Shown in pieces: positions 12,984 through 25,601 of a DNA stretch of 54,712 nucleotides. The DNA comes from Chiloscyllium plagiosum (lineage: Eukaryota), in NCBI RefSeq assembly GCF_004010195.1, contig NC_057718.1, positions 11,093,307-11,148,018 of the forward strand. The letters run 5' to 3'. The notes beneath the pieces are model-generated. The model made no database searches. It was not told the origin of the DNA and was given only the letters and a program-made list of their open reading frames with translations. Both the position numbers and the translations under genes were made by a program. The first letter of the stretch is position 1. Each line of letters begins with the position of its first letter.

Positions 12984-14560
12984 AATTAGTAAGGTTGCAT
13001 ATGGCACAGAGGTTGGGGGAGCTGTAGATAGTAAGGATTGTTAGAGGATACAACGCGATAAAGGTCCGCTGGAAACTTGGGAGAAATTGCAGATGGAATT
13101 TAATCTGGACAAATGCAAAGTAATGCATTTTGGAATGTCTGATGTAGAAGGGAAGCATACAGTAAATGGTATTACTTCTCCTTGAAACACTGACATACAA
13201 TTTCTGCACCAACTGAGATTACCATGAAAAGCTCCCCTCCTCAACCTCTCTGCTCACCTCAGACCTTAAATCACTACCAGTCATGTCTCTAATGAGAGAG
13301 GCAACCCTCTGGTCTTGTCAGACTGTGGCAACTTTACCTTTTACATCACAAACAATGGGGGACCCAACACTGAACACAAGCTTCCAGCCACACAAACAGC
13401 CTTATACCATCACCTCTCTCTTGCCACAAAGCCAGTTTTGGATCCAACTTGCCAAGTTACCCTCGATCCCATGTGCTTCCATCGGTCTGTCATGTGGAAC
13501 CTTGTCAAAGACTTTGCTGAAACCCATATAAACTACCTGGTCACTACCTCAAAAATATTAATCAAATTTGTCCGTAAATGATTAGCTTCACAGCACCATT
13601 GCTAAGATTAGCTTTCAATTAATAACATGAATTGAAATTCCATCAGCTGCTGTCCCTAGAACATTAGCCTCGCTCTCTAGATCATAAGTCCAGTGACATT
13701 GCCATTATGCCACCATCTCCCCTGTGATGAGAATAGGACTAGGATTCCATGGCTAATGCATAGATGCTCAGTAACTTTAGCAGAAATAGCAGAGAATGGC
13801 CGGTGTTTGTGCAATTGAGAATCAGAACTTGAACTTTTAGAGAAAGGGTTGAAATTATCACAGATTAACCAGTTACCAAAACAATGTATTTCTTCCTTAT
13901 TGTTTTGTGGGATGTGGACACTGCCCAACAAGACCAAGATTTGTTGCCTGTCAAAAAACACTCTTGCACTTTGTAGCTTGTGAGGCCATTTTGGAGTGCA
14001 GTTAAGAGCCAAATGCATGTTGACCAGAAACAAAAACTGATATTACTGAAGAAACTCAGCAGGTCATGCAGCATCTGTGGAGAGAAAGCAGAGTTAGTGT
14101 TTTGAGTCTCTCCAGCAATTTGTTTTAATTTCAGATCTTCAGCATCTGCAATTCTTTGTTGTATTTACATGTAGACTAGATTGAATATAAATAGCAGTTT
14201 TCCTTCCCTAAAAGGCATAATACAACGGATGACAGTTATCAAAGTCCCAGTTTAGCATCGATTAGCTTTATTTTTCTGATTTGTTCATTGAATTTAAATT
14301 CCACCAGCTGCTCTGATGGAATTTGAGCTCAGGGGCATCAGCCTGGGCCTCCTGTTCAATAGTCCAGTGGCAATTTCACTTTGCCACCATGGCCCTAGTG
14401 CTGTATTGTTTCTGTTACAAATGATTATTGTAAATTGCCATTCTCAATATTTTTTCTTAAAGATCTGCACGCAAATAACAGAACTTCAAATTGTACTTAA
14501 CCTAAAACAGACAGCTGTTTCCCCTCCACTACCCTCCCCTATTTTGTTTATTTTCCTCAG

Positions 14561-14641
14561 TGAGCTCCAAAACAGATGCTGTCAATTCCATTGGCCACCG
14601 CAACAGCATATATGTATACCAACAGGATGTCGATATCGCAT
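14561..14641 (+). CDS. Candidate 81-nt phase-1/phase-1 cassette exon of MAP3K21 (xSSKTDAVNSIGHRNSIYVYQQDVDIAx)
   Basis: Long polypyrimidine tract ending ttttcctcag|, donor T|gtgaat, open frame, length divisible by 3, phase matches the exon at 16581. No homology recognised. Confidence 0.45.
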
Positions 14642-15448
14642 GTGAATATACAAGCAAATTCCTCAGTAGGGCTAAGACAAAAGGCAAGGCGTTTGTGTTA
14701 CATCATCAGGAAGCAATACACTTTGTATCCCATATTGCACTGTTCAGCGGTGTTCTTTTTGAAGCATTCAAACCAATTCTTTCAGTTGTGTCATGTTTTC
14801 AATAGTGTTTAGGCATTCACTTCAGAGTCTGGGGATCATTTTGCCTGCATGTTAGTGTCAAAAGAGTGACAGTGAATCAGCAGCCCACTTTTCATATCTC
14901 TCTATCTCTATTTTCATTGGCACAAAAACAAAATCTCTCATCTCCTCCCCATTTGTTGTGCAGTTTGAACATGTCAGTTTGTAATGAGCTAATTGACTTT
15001 CAGGGTGAAACAATTCAGCTTGCCTCCCCTCAGTTCAGTCAAGCTGTTAGATGGCACTGGTTCTTCCTGCTACCTTCAAAACATAACCAGTCCTTGGAAC
15101 ATCTGGCTGTTGATCTAATGCTAAGTTGGTATTGACAGTTACCAAGTGAAAAAGCAAGTTGAGAAAGTGCAACAAAACATACTAGCCACAAAAAGATATG
15201 ACCCTCTCTCACTAGTATCCTCACATATGGATGAGGAAGGACACCACTTTGACTGGGACAATACATCCATCCTAGGACAAGCCAAACAAAGACACGCACG
15301 AGAATTCCGAGAAGCATGGCATTCCAACCGGAACTCTATCAACAAACACATCGAGTTAGACCCCATCTACCACCCCCTGAGAAAAGAAACAGAAGTGACT
15401 TCACCACGGGAAATGACATCACCAACCCAAAGAAGCCCAAACATATAT

Positions 15449-15736
15449 GGGCGGTACAGTGGCACTGCTGCTTCACAGTGCGAGAGACCTGGGTTCAATT
15501 CCCGCCTCAGGCGACTGTGTGGAGTTTGCACATTCTCCCTGTGTCTGCGTGGGTTTCCTCCCACAGTCCAAAAATGTGCAGGTTAGGTGAATTGGCCATG
15601 CTAAATTGCCCGTGGTGTTAGGTGAAGGGGTAAATGTAGGGAAATGGGTCTGGGTGGGTTGTTCTTTGGAGTGTCGGTGTGGACTTGTTGGGCCGAAGGG
15701 CCTGATTCCACACTGTAAGTAATCTAACCTAATCTA
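15449..15736 (+). mobile_element. tRNA-derived V-SINE (HE1-like)
   Basis: B-box-like gggttcaattcc, V-domain tgtgtggagtttgcacattctccc, CR1-like tail ending in aatct repeats. Confidence 0.88.
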
Positions 15737-15775
15737 AATGGAAAGCAGGAATTTTCAGCATTGCTTCGCATGAGG

Positions 15776-15817
15776 TCCACTGAAGATGTTACCTAGTAAG
15801 GTAACGAAACGTCTGGA
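15776..15817 (+). ncRNA. Minimal type I hammerhead ribozyme (PLE-associated)
   Basis: tcca-CTGAAGA-t-gttacc(tagtaa)ggtaac-GAAAC-GTC-tgga: stem I tcca/tgga, 6-bp stem II, intact core, GUC cleavage triplet, palindromic ACGT mini stem III. Confidence 0.75.
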
Positions 15818-16580
15818 AATGAACCCTCCAGCTCAGCGAGCAAACCTATATCCAAAACCTCAACCTGAGCTACAAATCTTCTCAAAACTCTCAAAACAAA
15901 ATGTCAACAATATTAATTATTAAAATGTTCATTTAAATTCTTCTCACAGTCTGCTCCATGGTACTTTCACATAGTTTGATTATTTTAATAGATGTATTTA
16001 TATCAGCCCCCTTGAGCGATGAAAGTTCGGAATGATCTACCAAGCAAGTTAACAGAAACAAAAAACATTGGAGTTAATCAAAGTACAATTAGATACTGTT
16101 TCAAAAGTTAATATGAGATGAATGGGAAAATGAACTGACCTTTCGTCATCCTTGACTTCATTCCTTTTGAAGTGAATGCTTTTATATTTTGGCAACCTGA
16201 CTCTGGGGCATTCACCACTGAACAGTGCATTAAAGATTAAATCTGCCTGTTGTTAGACATCTGTCAATTGACAAACTGAACTAACTTTTTCTCTCATCAG
16301 CGAGTTTGGCTCCTGTCACTATTGGTTGGCTGTTCCTTCTTTGCTCTTGGGTCTATTTAGCAATCATTGCAGCAAAAATTTTTAACTTTTGGATCTTTTC
16401 TGGTGGGATTATGTGGCCTTCACGATCTGTTGCTTTCTATGGTGCCTGATTGAGCCTTGCTTTGTATTTAGCTTTTAAGTCCAGCTGACAAATACTGTGA
16501 CCCTGCAGGGGTGAATTCCCATGTTCTGTACACTCTTGGATTACCTGTAAAACTTGTGATTTTTACTATACTTTGTTCAG

Positions 16581-16734
16581 TTACCCTTGATGAGAGCAAT
16601 AGAACCTGGGGTAAAAGCACCATATACCGACAAGAAGATTATGATGAAGAAGTGCAGAAAGCTTGCAAAAAGAAAGGGCGAACTTGGGGACCTAGTTCTA
16701 TGCAAACAAAAGAGCGAGCCAGCTGTGAGGAAAG
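16581..16734 (+). CDS. MAP3K21: MAP3K21 exon: TLDESNRTWGKSTIYRQEDYDEEVQKACKKKGRTWGPSSMQTKERASCEER
   Basis: Acceptor ctttgttcag|, donor AG|gtacgt, 154 nt; DESN.TWG and KKKG.TWGP motifs of MLK4. Confidence 0.93.
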
Positions 16735-18074
16735 GTACGTGCTAAAAGGTTGGGGGGGGGGTTGCCATGGCAATCTTCCAATAGCCATTCATTATTCATA
16801 TGCCTAAACTGAGCGTTGGCGAGCTTTTTTCATGGAATGTGAATGTTCACATCAAGGCCAAAATTTGTTACCCATCCATATTGGCTCATGAACTCTGTAG
16901 CTAAGCCATTTCAGAGGTTAATTAACAGTCAACTGTATCGTTGTGGTGCTGGAGTTGCATGTAGACCAGACCAGGTAAGACTGACAGATTTTTTTTCCTG
17001 AAAGGATGCAGTGAACTAAATGGGTTCTTACAACAATCAATAGTTTGTATGGTTACCATTTTAAGACTAACTTTATATTTCAGATTGACCGTGGAGTGCA
17101 CAACAATTATGCTTGAGTCCACATTTGCCCAATCACCATGCACATATTTTGGAGGGGCCACCACAAAATAGTGATCAACAATGGAAATCTGTGCTCCCTG
17201 GTTCTTAATTCTTCCACCAGTGGGAATAGTTTCTCCCAATCTACACAGTTCATGATTTTGAATACCTCTACAAATATCTCAACCTTCGCTTCTCCATGAA
17301 GGAGAATAGTCCCAATTTCCCCAATCTATTCACATGACTGAAGTTCCTTGACTCTGGAATTACTTTTGTGAAACTTTTCTGCACCCTCTCCAATGCCTTC
17401 ACCCTTGCTCAAGTGTGGTGACCAGAAGTTGAGGCCAGACCAATATTTTGTAGAGGTTTAACATAATTTCCTTGTTTTTGATGCTATACCCTATTTATAC
17501 AGCAAAAGAAGCCATAGACACACTCAGCCTGCTCTGCCACCTTCAATGGTTTATGCACATGGAACAGGATGTGCACGTTAGAGGTTGGAGCTGTGCTATC
17601 GATTCAATAAAAAGTTTACTATTTAAAGACTCTCAGTTGTCCACTTCATTTTTGTGAAGATCACGTACATACATGGAAGTAACTTAAATGATAACTGAAA
17701 GTTTTAACTTCCAAGAACCTTAGACTAATTCCCTAACTTTGGCGATAGAGAGAGGAAGCTATAAAACTGAACTAAAAACCAACTCGGGCCTTTCTGTGCT
17801 TTATTTTGTCTCATTATTTTTCAAACTCGGCTGCATGCTTGTCTGCTTTAGTACCCTGCAGTAAAGTGATCGGCCCTGAGTTTGAGCCTAAATTTATTCC
17901 CACCCCACCTCATGGATTTCTTATGAGAATGTTCTGGTTCTGTATTGTCTTCATTTTCTTGGTTTTTACTGGCATTGTGTCTGTCTGTGTGTGTGGAATA
18001 GAGGAAGGAAGGATGGAACATAGAATGTCATGAGAAATAAGATCATACAAAATTATTTTTGTTTTAAATTTTAG

Positions 18075-18175
18075 GACAAGGCCTTTGTCAGATGGAAACA
18101 ACCCATGGTCTACAAGTTTGTTGAAGACTCCAACTTTACCTCTAACCTCAGTTTTTGCAAATGTTACAGACCATG
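18075..18175 (+). CDS. MAP3K21: MAP3K21 exon: TRPLSDGNNPWSTSLLKTPTLPLTSVFANVTDH
   Basis: Acceptor aaattttag|, donor G|gtatga, 101 nt; RPLSDGN.PWST motif; phases 2 and 1 fit the neighbours. Not in the ORF track. Confidence 0.9.
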
Positions 18176-18289
18176 GTATGAATTTTTACCAAACTTGTTG
18201 TTGAACATTTTTCATTCTGAGAGTAATTTTACCAGCTATTTGGAGTGAGTAAAGAAAATTCATGATTCCTAGGTGTAACAGTGGAAATA

Positions 18290-18730
18290 AAGATTTGGAT
18301 ATTTCATCACCAATGGACATCTCAAAATGTTTTACAACCATCTTTGAAGTATTGTTACTGTTGCAATGGAGTAAACCCGAAAATTAATTTGCATGCAAGA
18401 AATTCCCATTCACAGCAGCGTGATAGTGTCTAAATAATCAGTTTCTATGATGTTGGTTAAGGGATAAATATTAGCCAGGACACATTGGTATTGTTGCTCT
18501 GTTCCTCTTTGAAATAATGCCATTGGATCTTTACATACAACCAAGTAGGGAGATGGAGCCTTGATCTAATCTCTTACCTGAAAGTAAACAGCTCTGACAA
18601 TGTAGCGCTCTCCCCCCCCCCCCCCCCCCCCCACCCTTCCAGGACTAGACTATAGTGTTGGCTTTGATTTGTGTGTTCAAGCCCTGTAGTGCGACTTCAA
18701 CCTGAACTTGGAGCAGAAAATTCTCTTAAC
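18290..18730 (-). mobile_element. Deu-domain SINE (SacSINE1-like), with a poly-C tract at ~18611-18632
   Basis: gatgttggttaagggataaatattagccaggac and aatgccattggatcttt motifs, shared with copies near 900-1250, 47180-47540 and 52310-52570; family name from recall. Confidence 0.6.
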
Positions 18731-20734
18731 TAAGTCATGTCTGACATATGTAGATGACACTTTATAAATAAAATCGATGCAGACCAGTTTCATTCACAGT
18801 CAGTAATCTGTCAATTGGAAGAGGTAGAATTGGTGTTGATACTACAGGCTTCTGCTCTTAATTGTGATTTGTCTGATTATCCAAATGTAAAAATCCTCTC
18901 TGTCTCACAGGTGGCCATTATTCTAATCTGAGCCTTTTCGGTGTACACTTGAATTAGTTGCAGGAGTAGGCAATTTGAAACTTTGAGCCTGGTCCATCAT
19001 ATAGTGGGAGAACCTTAATTTTTAAACCCCTAATTTCTTTCTTCAGTAAGGATACCAAAATTCCAGATGCAGTTAATGAGGTGCCTGTGCAGCTGCAGTA
19101 ACACTTATGTACCTTTTATATTCTGCTTCCTTGAGATCATACAACATAGGAGGAAAAATAGACCGTTTCATGAGATCATGGCTGACCTAATACCTTTCAA
19201 CTCCACTTTCCAGCCTTTTCACCATAACCCTTGATTCATTTACAGATTTAAAAATCTGTAAACCCTCACAATAAATGCCAATATTCTATTCACCTTACTA
19301 AGCATGAGCTGTAACTGCATTTTAACTTCTGTGTTTCATACATATGATCCCTCTGTAATCTTGAGTTCTGCAATCTATTTTCAATTAAGTAATATGTGGT
19401 GCCTGTCAAGCAGCCTGTTATGTCCTGGATGATGTTAAGCTTTTTGAGAGTTTTTGGAGCTGTACCCATCCAGGCAGGTGGGGAGTATTCAATCGCACTC
19501 CTGACTTGTACCTTGTACATTGTACATTGTGGATGGGCTTTGGGGAGTCAGCAGCTGAGTTACTCACCATGGTTTTCATATCCTCTGACCTACTCTTGTA
19601 ACCACTGTGTTTATGTGATGAGTCCAATTGAGTTTCTGGTCTATGGTAACCCCCAAAGGTGTTGATGGTGGGGGATTCAGTGATGGTAACACCATTGATT
19701 GTCAAAAGGTAAATCAAGTATTCTTATGTTTTATGTCTTCTACAGTGAAGACAAGCATAAGCTACTGGTTCAACACTTCTGCATTTCCTCGTCTCCCATT
19801 ATTTGCCATGTTCATCATCTAAGGAACCAGCACTCAATTTACTTATATTTTTAAATACCTTTGGAAACAGTTAGTGTTTTCCTGTTTCTAGCTAACTTAT
19901 TCTCATTCTATTTTCTCACTCAATATTTGTCATTTTTTGAAAATAATCTGTCCAATCTTCTGACATAACTCTAATCTTTGTGGTATTGTACAATAGTCTC
20001 TTAAATTTCACTGACCTATTTACAGATGGTGCATTGTCGTAATGCCTTTATTTCCTCAATGGAACATATTTATCTGCCTTATGACTACCTCCTGAAATTT
20101 CTGCCACTATTTCCTTACTGTGCTACCTTTTAACAGGAACCATCCAGGCTATTTGACCCCCTAGCAGAAGCAAATCATGGGCTAAATCTTTTTGAAAAAC
20201 GTTAGCTCGATGTCCATATTCCGAAAAGGCAATCTGACCCTAGCCTGGGGGGGATTGAAACCAACTGCACTCCCCCTGCAATGGCCTTGACTGTACTCAA
20301 CTGACTGAACACAATTAGCAGCTGATGCTTTGTAGGGCTAGCTAAATCTTTGATACAATTTGGCAAAACAGAAGCTTTTTTTTAAATGTTCCCATATTAT
20401 AGTGAATTACTTTAGCTGAGGAAAAGAATGTTTATTTTTAACTCTATTTTGCATTGCCTGGGGTTGCCTGTAGATTTAGGCCCGTTGTTGACTTCAAATT
20501 TGGGCAATTCCCTTAGGAAATATCCCAGGTGGTCACCCTGTCATTATTATAAGACCATAAGACATAGGAGCGGAAGTAAGGCCATTCGGCCCATCGAGTC
20601 CACTCCGCCATTCAATCATGGCTGATGGGCATTTCAACTCCACTTACCTGCATTATGGAGCATTGTGTCCTGGGGCGTGGAACCTAGTCATGGATTTTTT
20701 TTTGAAGAATGAACAAGAGCCTATTAGCTTCACT

Positions 20735-21320
20735 GGAAGAACATTGAATAGTACAGCACAGGAACAGGCCCTTTAACCCACAATATTCTGCTGAACATGA
20801 TGCCAATTCAAACTAATCCCTTATGCCTGATCTTGGTCCATATCCCTCCATTCCTTGCATATTTATGTGCTTACCTAAACATTGCTTAAGCGTCCCTGTC
20901 ATATCTGCTTCCTCCACCACCCCTAGCAGCATGTTTAACTCCTATCACTGTGTTTTAAAAAAAAACTTGCCGCTCACAACTTTCTCCTCTGAACTTTCCT
21001 CCTCTCATCTTAAATGCATGCCCCCTAGTATTAGGCATTTCAACTCTAGGGAAAAAGGTTCTGACCATCAACCCAATCTATGTATCTCATAATATTATAG
21101 ACTTCTATCAAATGTCCTGTTAGCCACCACTACTCAAGAGAAAACAACTCAAGTTTTTCTGACCTCTCCTGACAGTTCATACCCTCTAATCCAAGCAATA
21201 TCCAGGTAAACCCCTTCTGCACCCTCTCCAAAGCCTCCACATACTTCCTGTAATGTGGCGACTGGAATTGAATGCAAGACTTTAAGTTTGACCTAACCAA
21301 AGACTTATAGAGTTGCAAGA
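20735..21320 (-). mobile_element. CR1 LINE 3' fragment
   Basis: Minus ORF QLYKSLVRSNL...QF.SPHYRK..EALERVQK.FT..L.GL. Confidence 0.8.
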
Positions 21321-21377
21321 TGCAAGTATAAGGGGTTCTGGTTGAAGTGGTAACTTATCTGATTGTTTTACCAACAG

Positions 21378-22157
21378 GTAGCACTTCTGAACAGACACGA
21401 GCAGCTGACGACTATGAAAATCGACCAAAGCAGTCCAAATTACCTAACCAGGTGTATATTGATCTACCTCTTCGCAAAGATCATCAGGGAGAGGGAGATG
21501 CTGGCAGTGAAAGTCAGGAGGAGGTGACACCCATCAGTTCAGCCAACAGCACCCCACAGGTCACTCCCACAAACAGCCTGAAGCGATTAACACAGAGGAA
21601 GAAAACTGATATGGTACTGTACGGGTGTGCTGTGCTGCTTGCATCTGTGGCCTTGGGATTTGATGTCAGAGAAGTGAATAAATCACAGGCTTCAGAGGAA
21701 ATTGAGATCAAAGAGGAGAAGAAGAAAAGGGAAGGCCTCTTTCAGAGAACCAGCAGGTTCCGCAGAAGCACAAGTCCTCCCAACAGGACAGTCTCCAAGA
21801 AGGAAGAGACGAACATTCCCTCACTAAACTCCCATGCTGTTAATCTTTTGTCAATGTCTTCCATATCCAAATGTAATTCCACAAGGTCCTTGCTCCGATC
21901 AGACAGTGAGGATACATCCATTTATAACATGCCTGTCACACCGAACACTGTCCCCCATAGACCAGAATTCTTGACTGACAATCCTCCAAATGGCTCTGTG
22001 AATGGAGTACATAAGGATCTGGATGAATCTCCTTTATCAGACTCAGATGCACCAGTTTTTATGTGTCTGACTGAATCCAGTGCAACATCAGAAAAGGGAG
22101 CTGCTAACCCCAATGTAACCCGCCATGGCCAGTTATCATCAGAAGAAAGCCCAGCCA
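21378..22157 (+). CDS. MAP3K21: MAP3K21 large penultimate exon (780 nt)
   Basis: Acceptor ccaacag|, donor A|gtaagt; PKQSKLPNQVYIDLPL, TPTNSL, RKKT..LYGCAVLLASVALG.D.RE, KEEKKKREG.FQR motifs of MLK4. Confidence 0.95.
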
Positions 22158-22867
22158 GTAAGTTTTTCTTTCTTGTCCAAGGCCACATTTCCAATCACAG
22201 GTCTTTCTCAGGTTTCTCTGACCTGGAAGGCTGTACCACGAATGAGGGGATGTCAATTTATATTTGGAATTCCCCATTCTGCAACTGATTTTAATTGCAT
22301 AAATTGTGTTGGCCTCTTAACAATCAGAGGCCAACATATGTGTCTCACTGAGAGAAACAGAAATCTCTCTGAAGGATTGATATTCTGTAAAGAGATTGTA
22401 CTTCAGTAGAACATGAGTGGAACTTGCAATTAGGTATTGGGGGGGACATCCTTGCCTTCATTGCTGGAGAGCATGCAAAGGGAAGGGAATGCCATTAAAT
22501 AAGTCAGCAGCCACCATTTAAGAAGGGCAATGAATGAAGACCTAGAAATATGAACAACAACATGGTTCACAAGGAGGGCGCGAGCAGCAAATATCCGTGC
22601 ATCATAACGAGACCACTGCATTACTTGGAGGGGGATGAAGGTGTGCTTTTGTGCTGTAAAATGCTACCTTAATTGATGGGCTCTGAATTTCCAAATCTGT
22701 TCTATTTATTGGGCAGTGTTATTGTCATTTTTCAAGTTTTTTTCTGTTATGTGTCTGACAAAAATCAGCATGTTAAATTGTACGATATGATTGACAACTA
22801 TTAAGAGTCGGGTTCATTATTTCGGATGATTGTGAAACTATTATTTTCTCTTTATTTCTCTTTTTAG

Positions 22868-23304
22868 CTAATGGAGATTCTGACTCCAGTCCTCATAGAG
22901 AATCATCAGAGTTCCCACGTCTTCCAGATCCCAGAACCATTTATCCAATGTCTGGAAGACGAAGAACCCCAAAAAGGGACGCAACACCAGAGAGACCAAA
23001 ATCTGGTGACGTGGTACCAAGGCCTCGGCCTTCTTTGTCCCGAATAAGAATGGACCCCTGGCGACTCGTGTCTCAGTTGATAGGCCAAGATGAGTCATTA
23101 GAAAGCACAGGAGATGTAATAGTGACTAGTTCAGACATAGCTCTTACTACTGAGTGCCAACCCAGTTTGCGCTTTGGTGCCTGCTCTCTACTAGACATGG
23201 ACATGGAAGGCCAGAGCCAGGATGGCACAGTACCCCTCTGCAAAAGTGAATCCAAGCCGAGCAGACCAAGTGGCTTTGAACTGGAGAAAGAGTTTCTGTC
23301 TTAG
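22868..23304 (+). CDS. MAP3K21: MAP3K21 last coding exon, ending SLLDMDMEGQSQDGTVPLCKSESKPSRPSGFELEKEFLS*
   Basis: Acceptor ctctttttag|, in frame with ORF 22948-23304; the ELEKEFLS C-terminus matches my recall of MLK4; TAG at 23302-23304. Confidence 0.95.
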
Positions 23305-24986
23305 CACTCACTGCCTAGGATACAAGACCATGCAAACATTCCCTTTTTATGATTTGGGAGCAAACATCTATGAATGCAATGAACCACATTTGGAAAAAGA
23401 AATGTGAACAGAATGTAATTTGTTTCAGGTGTCGTGTGACACTTTTTTTTGTAACTGTACGTCCATGGGGTTGCATCTGATCAGAACAGATGAAAAGTAT
23501 CATCTCACTACTGTCCTCTTTGTTAACACCTGACTCTCAATTCTTGGACCCAAGCAGGATTTTTGATCTTGGGTCACAGGTACAGAAAGATGGTCTAATC
23601 CTGTGCCTAGTTCTGGCTCTCCGATTTGGTAAAGCAAGTGCATGTTGCTGGCAAACAAGAGATCGATCTGCTGCATGTGAAACTGGAATATCAGTTTGGC
23701 ATTTAGCTCTTGGTGTATTGCACTTTGAATGTTCTGAACACAACAAAAATGTATCTGAGGTCATTACATGTCCATTGCATATTTAAATTGTAAGTCTAAT
23801 CGGGTATTTTGTCATTTGCTTAAAAAACAACTCATTAATCTTCTTTGCATTGAACCTCCAATGTGGTGCGAGATCTTTTATACCCATGAATTATGAATAA
23901 CTTAGCTTCTAACTCTCAATCTGAACACTTTATTTCTCTGACACAGTGAGCGTCCTTTTTACTGTCCCTCCATATCGTTACCTTCTCAAAGTCTATTTTT
24001 GTGACCGTCACTATGCAAAATCAATTTAAATGCTGCAGTTTTCACCACATTTGATTAACAAGATGTCCATGAAGACCAGAGGCTCATGAAACTGCCCTAT
24101 TGCTCAGATTGTCAATGACCATGTTCTTAAAAAAATTAATTGGCCGAGTGCCCTCTTTCCCCCCCCCACCCCCCACCAAACGCAACTCTTCCCTTTAAAG
24201 TGCTTTGTGGCTTGAGGTTCTTCTGCTGAGCCACAGAGCCTAGCCACGTCTCTGGTTGTTTTCCTGGTCTCTATTGAGTTAACTACTTTCAGCATTGGCA
24301 GTTAGGGGTGCACCAGAAGACAGTGGCACCCCTGGCTTTGCACTTCACACTAAATTGCCAAGTGTGAACGTTGCAATATTGTGTCCTTGCAGTCAGATGG
24401 CCTGTCAGCACTAACACTTGGTTCAGACCAAAATTATGGCATATTAGACAAAGTAATAGAAGTGTGTCAGATGCCCACAGAACTGTATCCCACTGAAGGT
24501 ACAGACACCTTCAAGAAAGGATAACTAGAGATGGGGAAATAATTGCACTCTGTAAACCACCGAAGGGACACTAAAGCTTTGTTTCATTTATACATTATAT
24601 AGTCATTTTGAGCATTAACTGGAACAAACAGACTGAAATTGCTACTTAGATCTAAAGTTTTAATTTGGAGCAATTTCTAAAGAACTATACCTGTTTCTGA
24701 AGAGACTTAAGAGGACTTTGATATAATTGACATACTGTAGGATTAAGGGCTCAATTTTTTGAAGTTAAATTCAGAAAATTGGAGTGAATGTATATTCAAT
24801 GTCACAACCCAATGATTTTTAAAACTAATTTTACTGCTCATAACCACAGTAAAAGCTACAAACACTGTAATGAGTTGATACTGTTCTTACAGTGCATCCT
24901 GAATTTGAGAGAGGGCTTATGTGAAAAGCTTATGCAGAGTGATCACATCACCTTTATTTGCCTTCCTGTTAACTTGATCTATTCTG

Positions 24987-25601
24987 ATTTGGAGATGCCA
25001 GTGTTGGACTGGTATGTACAAAGTTAAAAATCACACAACACCAGGTTTATGTGGAAGCACTAACTTTCGGAGCGTTGCTCCTTCATTTGGTGCTTGTAAA
25101 GTATAAGATCGTAAGGCACAGAATTTATAGCAAAAGTTTAGTGTGATGTAACTGAAATTATATATTGAAAAAGACGGATTGTTTGTTAAGTCTCTCATCT
25201 TTTAGAATGAACATGTTGGTTTCAGTTCTTTCATATGTAAATTGCAGAACTTTCATAAAAGTTACATTCTCAAGTGAACTTTAACAATTGGTGTCATATT
25301 GGCCCAGATAATACATGACACCAATTGTTAAAGTTCACTTGAGAATGTAACTTTTATGAAAGTTGTGCAATTTACATATGAAAGAACTGAAACCAACATG
25401 TTCATTCTAAAAGATGAGACTTAACAAACAATCCAGGTCTTTTTCAACATAATTTCAGTTACATCACACTGTAAACATTTGCTATAAATTCTGTATCTTA
25501 CGATCTCATACTCTACAACCACCTGATGAAGGAGCAGCACTCTGAAAGCTAGTGTTTCCAAATAAACCTGTTGGACTATAACCTAGTGTTGTGATTTTTA
25601 A
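24987..25601. mobile_element. Non-autonomous palindromic Penelope-derived insertion (arms ~25024-25297 and 25315-25601)
   Basis: Head-to-head copies of a pLTR with a 17-nt spacer; 10-bp TSD atctattctg at 24977-24986 and 25602-25611; degenerate CTGATGA...GAAA hammerhead core at ~25523-25548. Confidence 0.85.

Larger units (their letters stand above)
10700..13175 (+). mobile_element. Degraded CR1 LINE RT fragment, split by the PLE insertion at 11046-12983
   Basis: CR1 RT motifs (QHG..QGRSCLT.L..FFEEVTK, VDVVY..F..FDKV) on the left continue as QMEFNLDKCKVMHFG on the right. Confidence 0.75.
15170..15892 (+). mobile_element. Penelope-like element 3' end (GIY-YIG C-terminus plus 3' UTR), interrupted by a SINE
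   Basis: ORF 15146-15586 contains LATKRYDPLSLVSSHMDEEGHHFDWDNTSIL...REF.EAWHS...INKHIELDPIY, typical of a PLE endonuclease tail; hammerhead motif in the 3' UTR. Confidence 0.8.

Noticed and set aside
18611..18632. Poly-C tract as a G-quadruplex element
   Set aside because: A homopolymer expansion inside an old SINE; nothing indicates function, and its length is error-prone in assemblies.
22158..22288. In-frame extension of ORF 21347-22288 past the MAP3K21 donor site
   Set aside because: A strong A|gtaagt donor at 22157/22158 joins in frame to the last exon; the extra 43 codons have no recognisable homology and look like intronic read-through.
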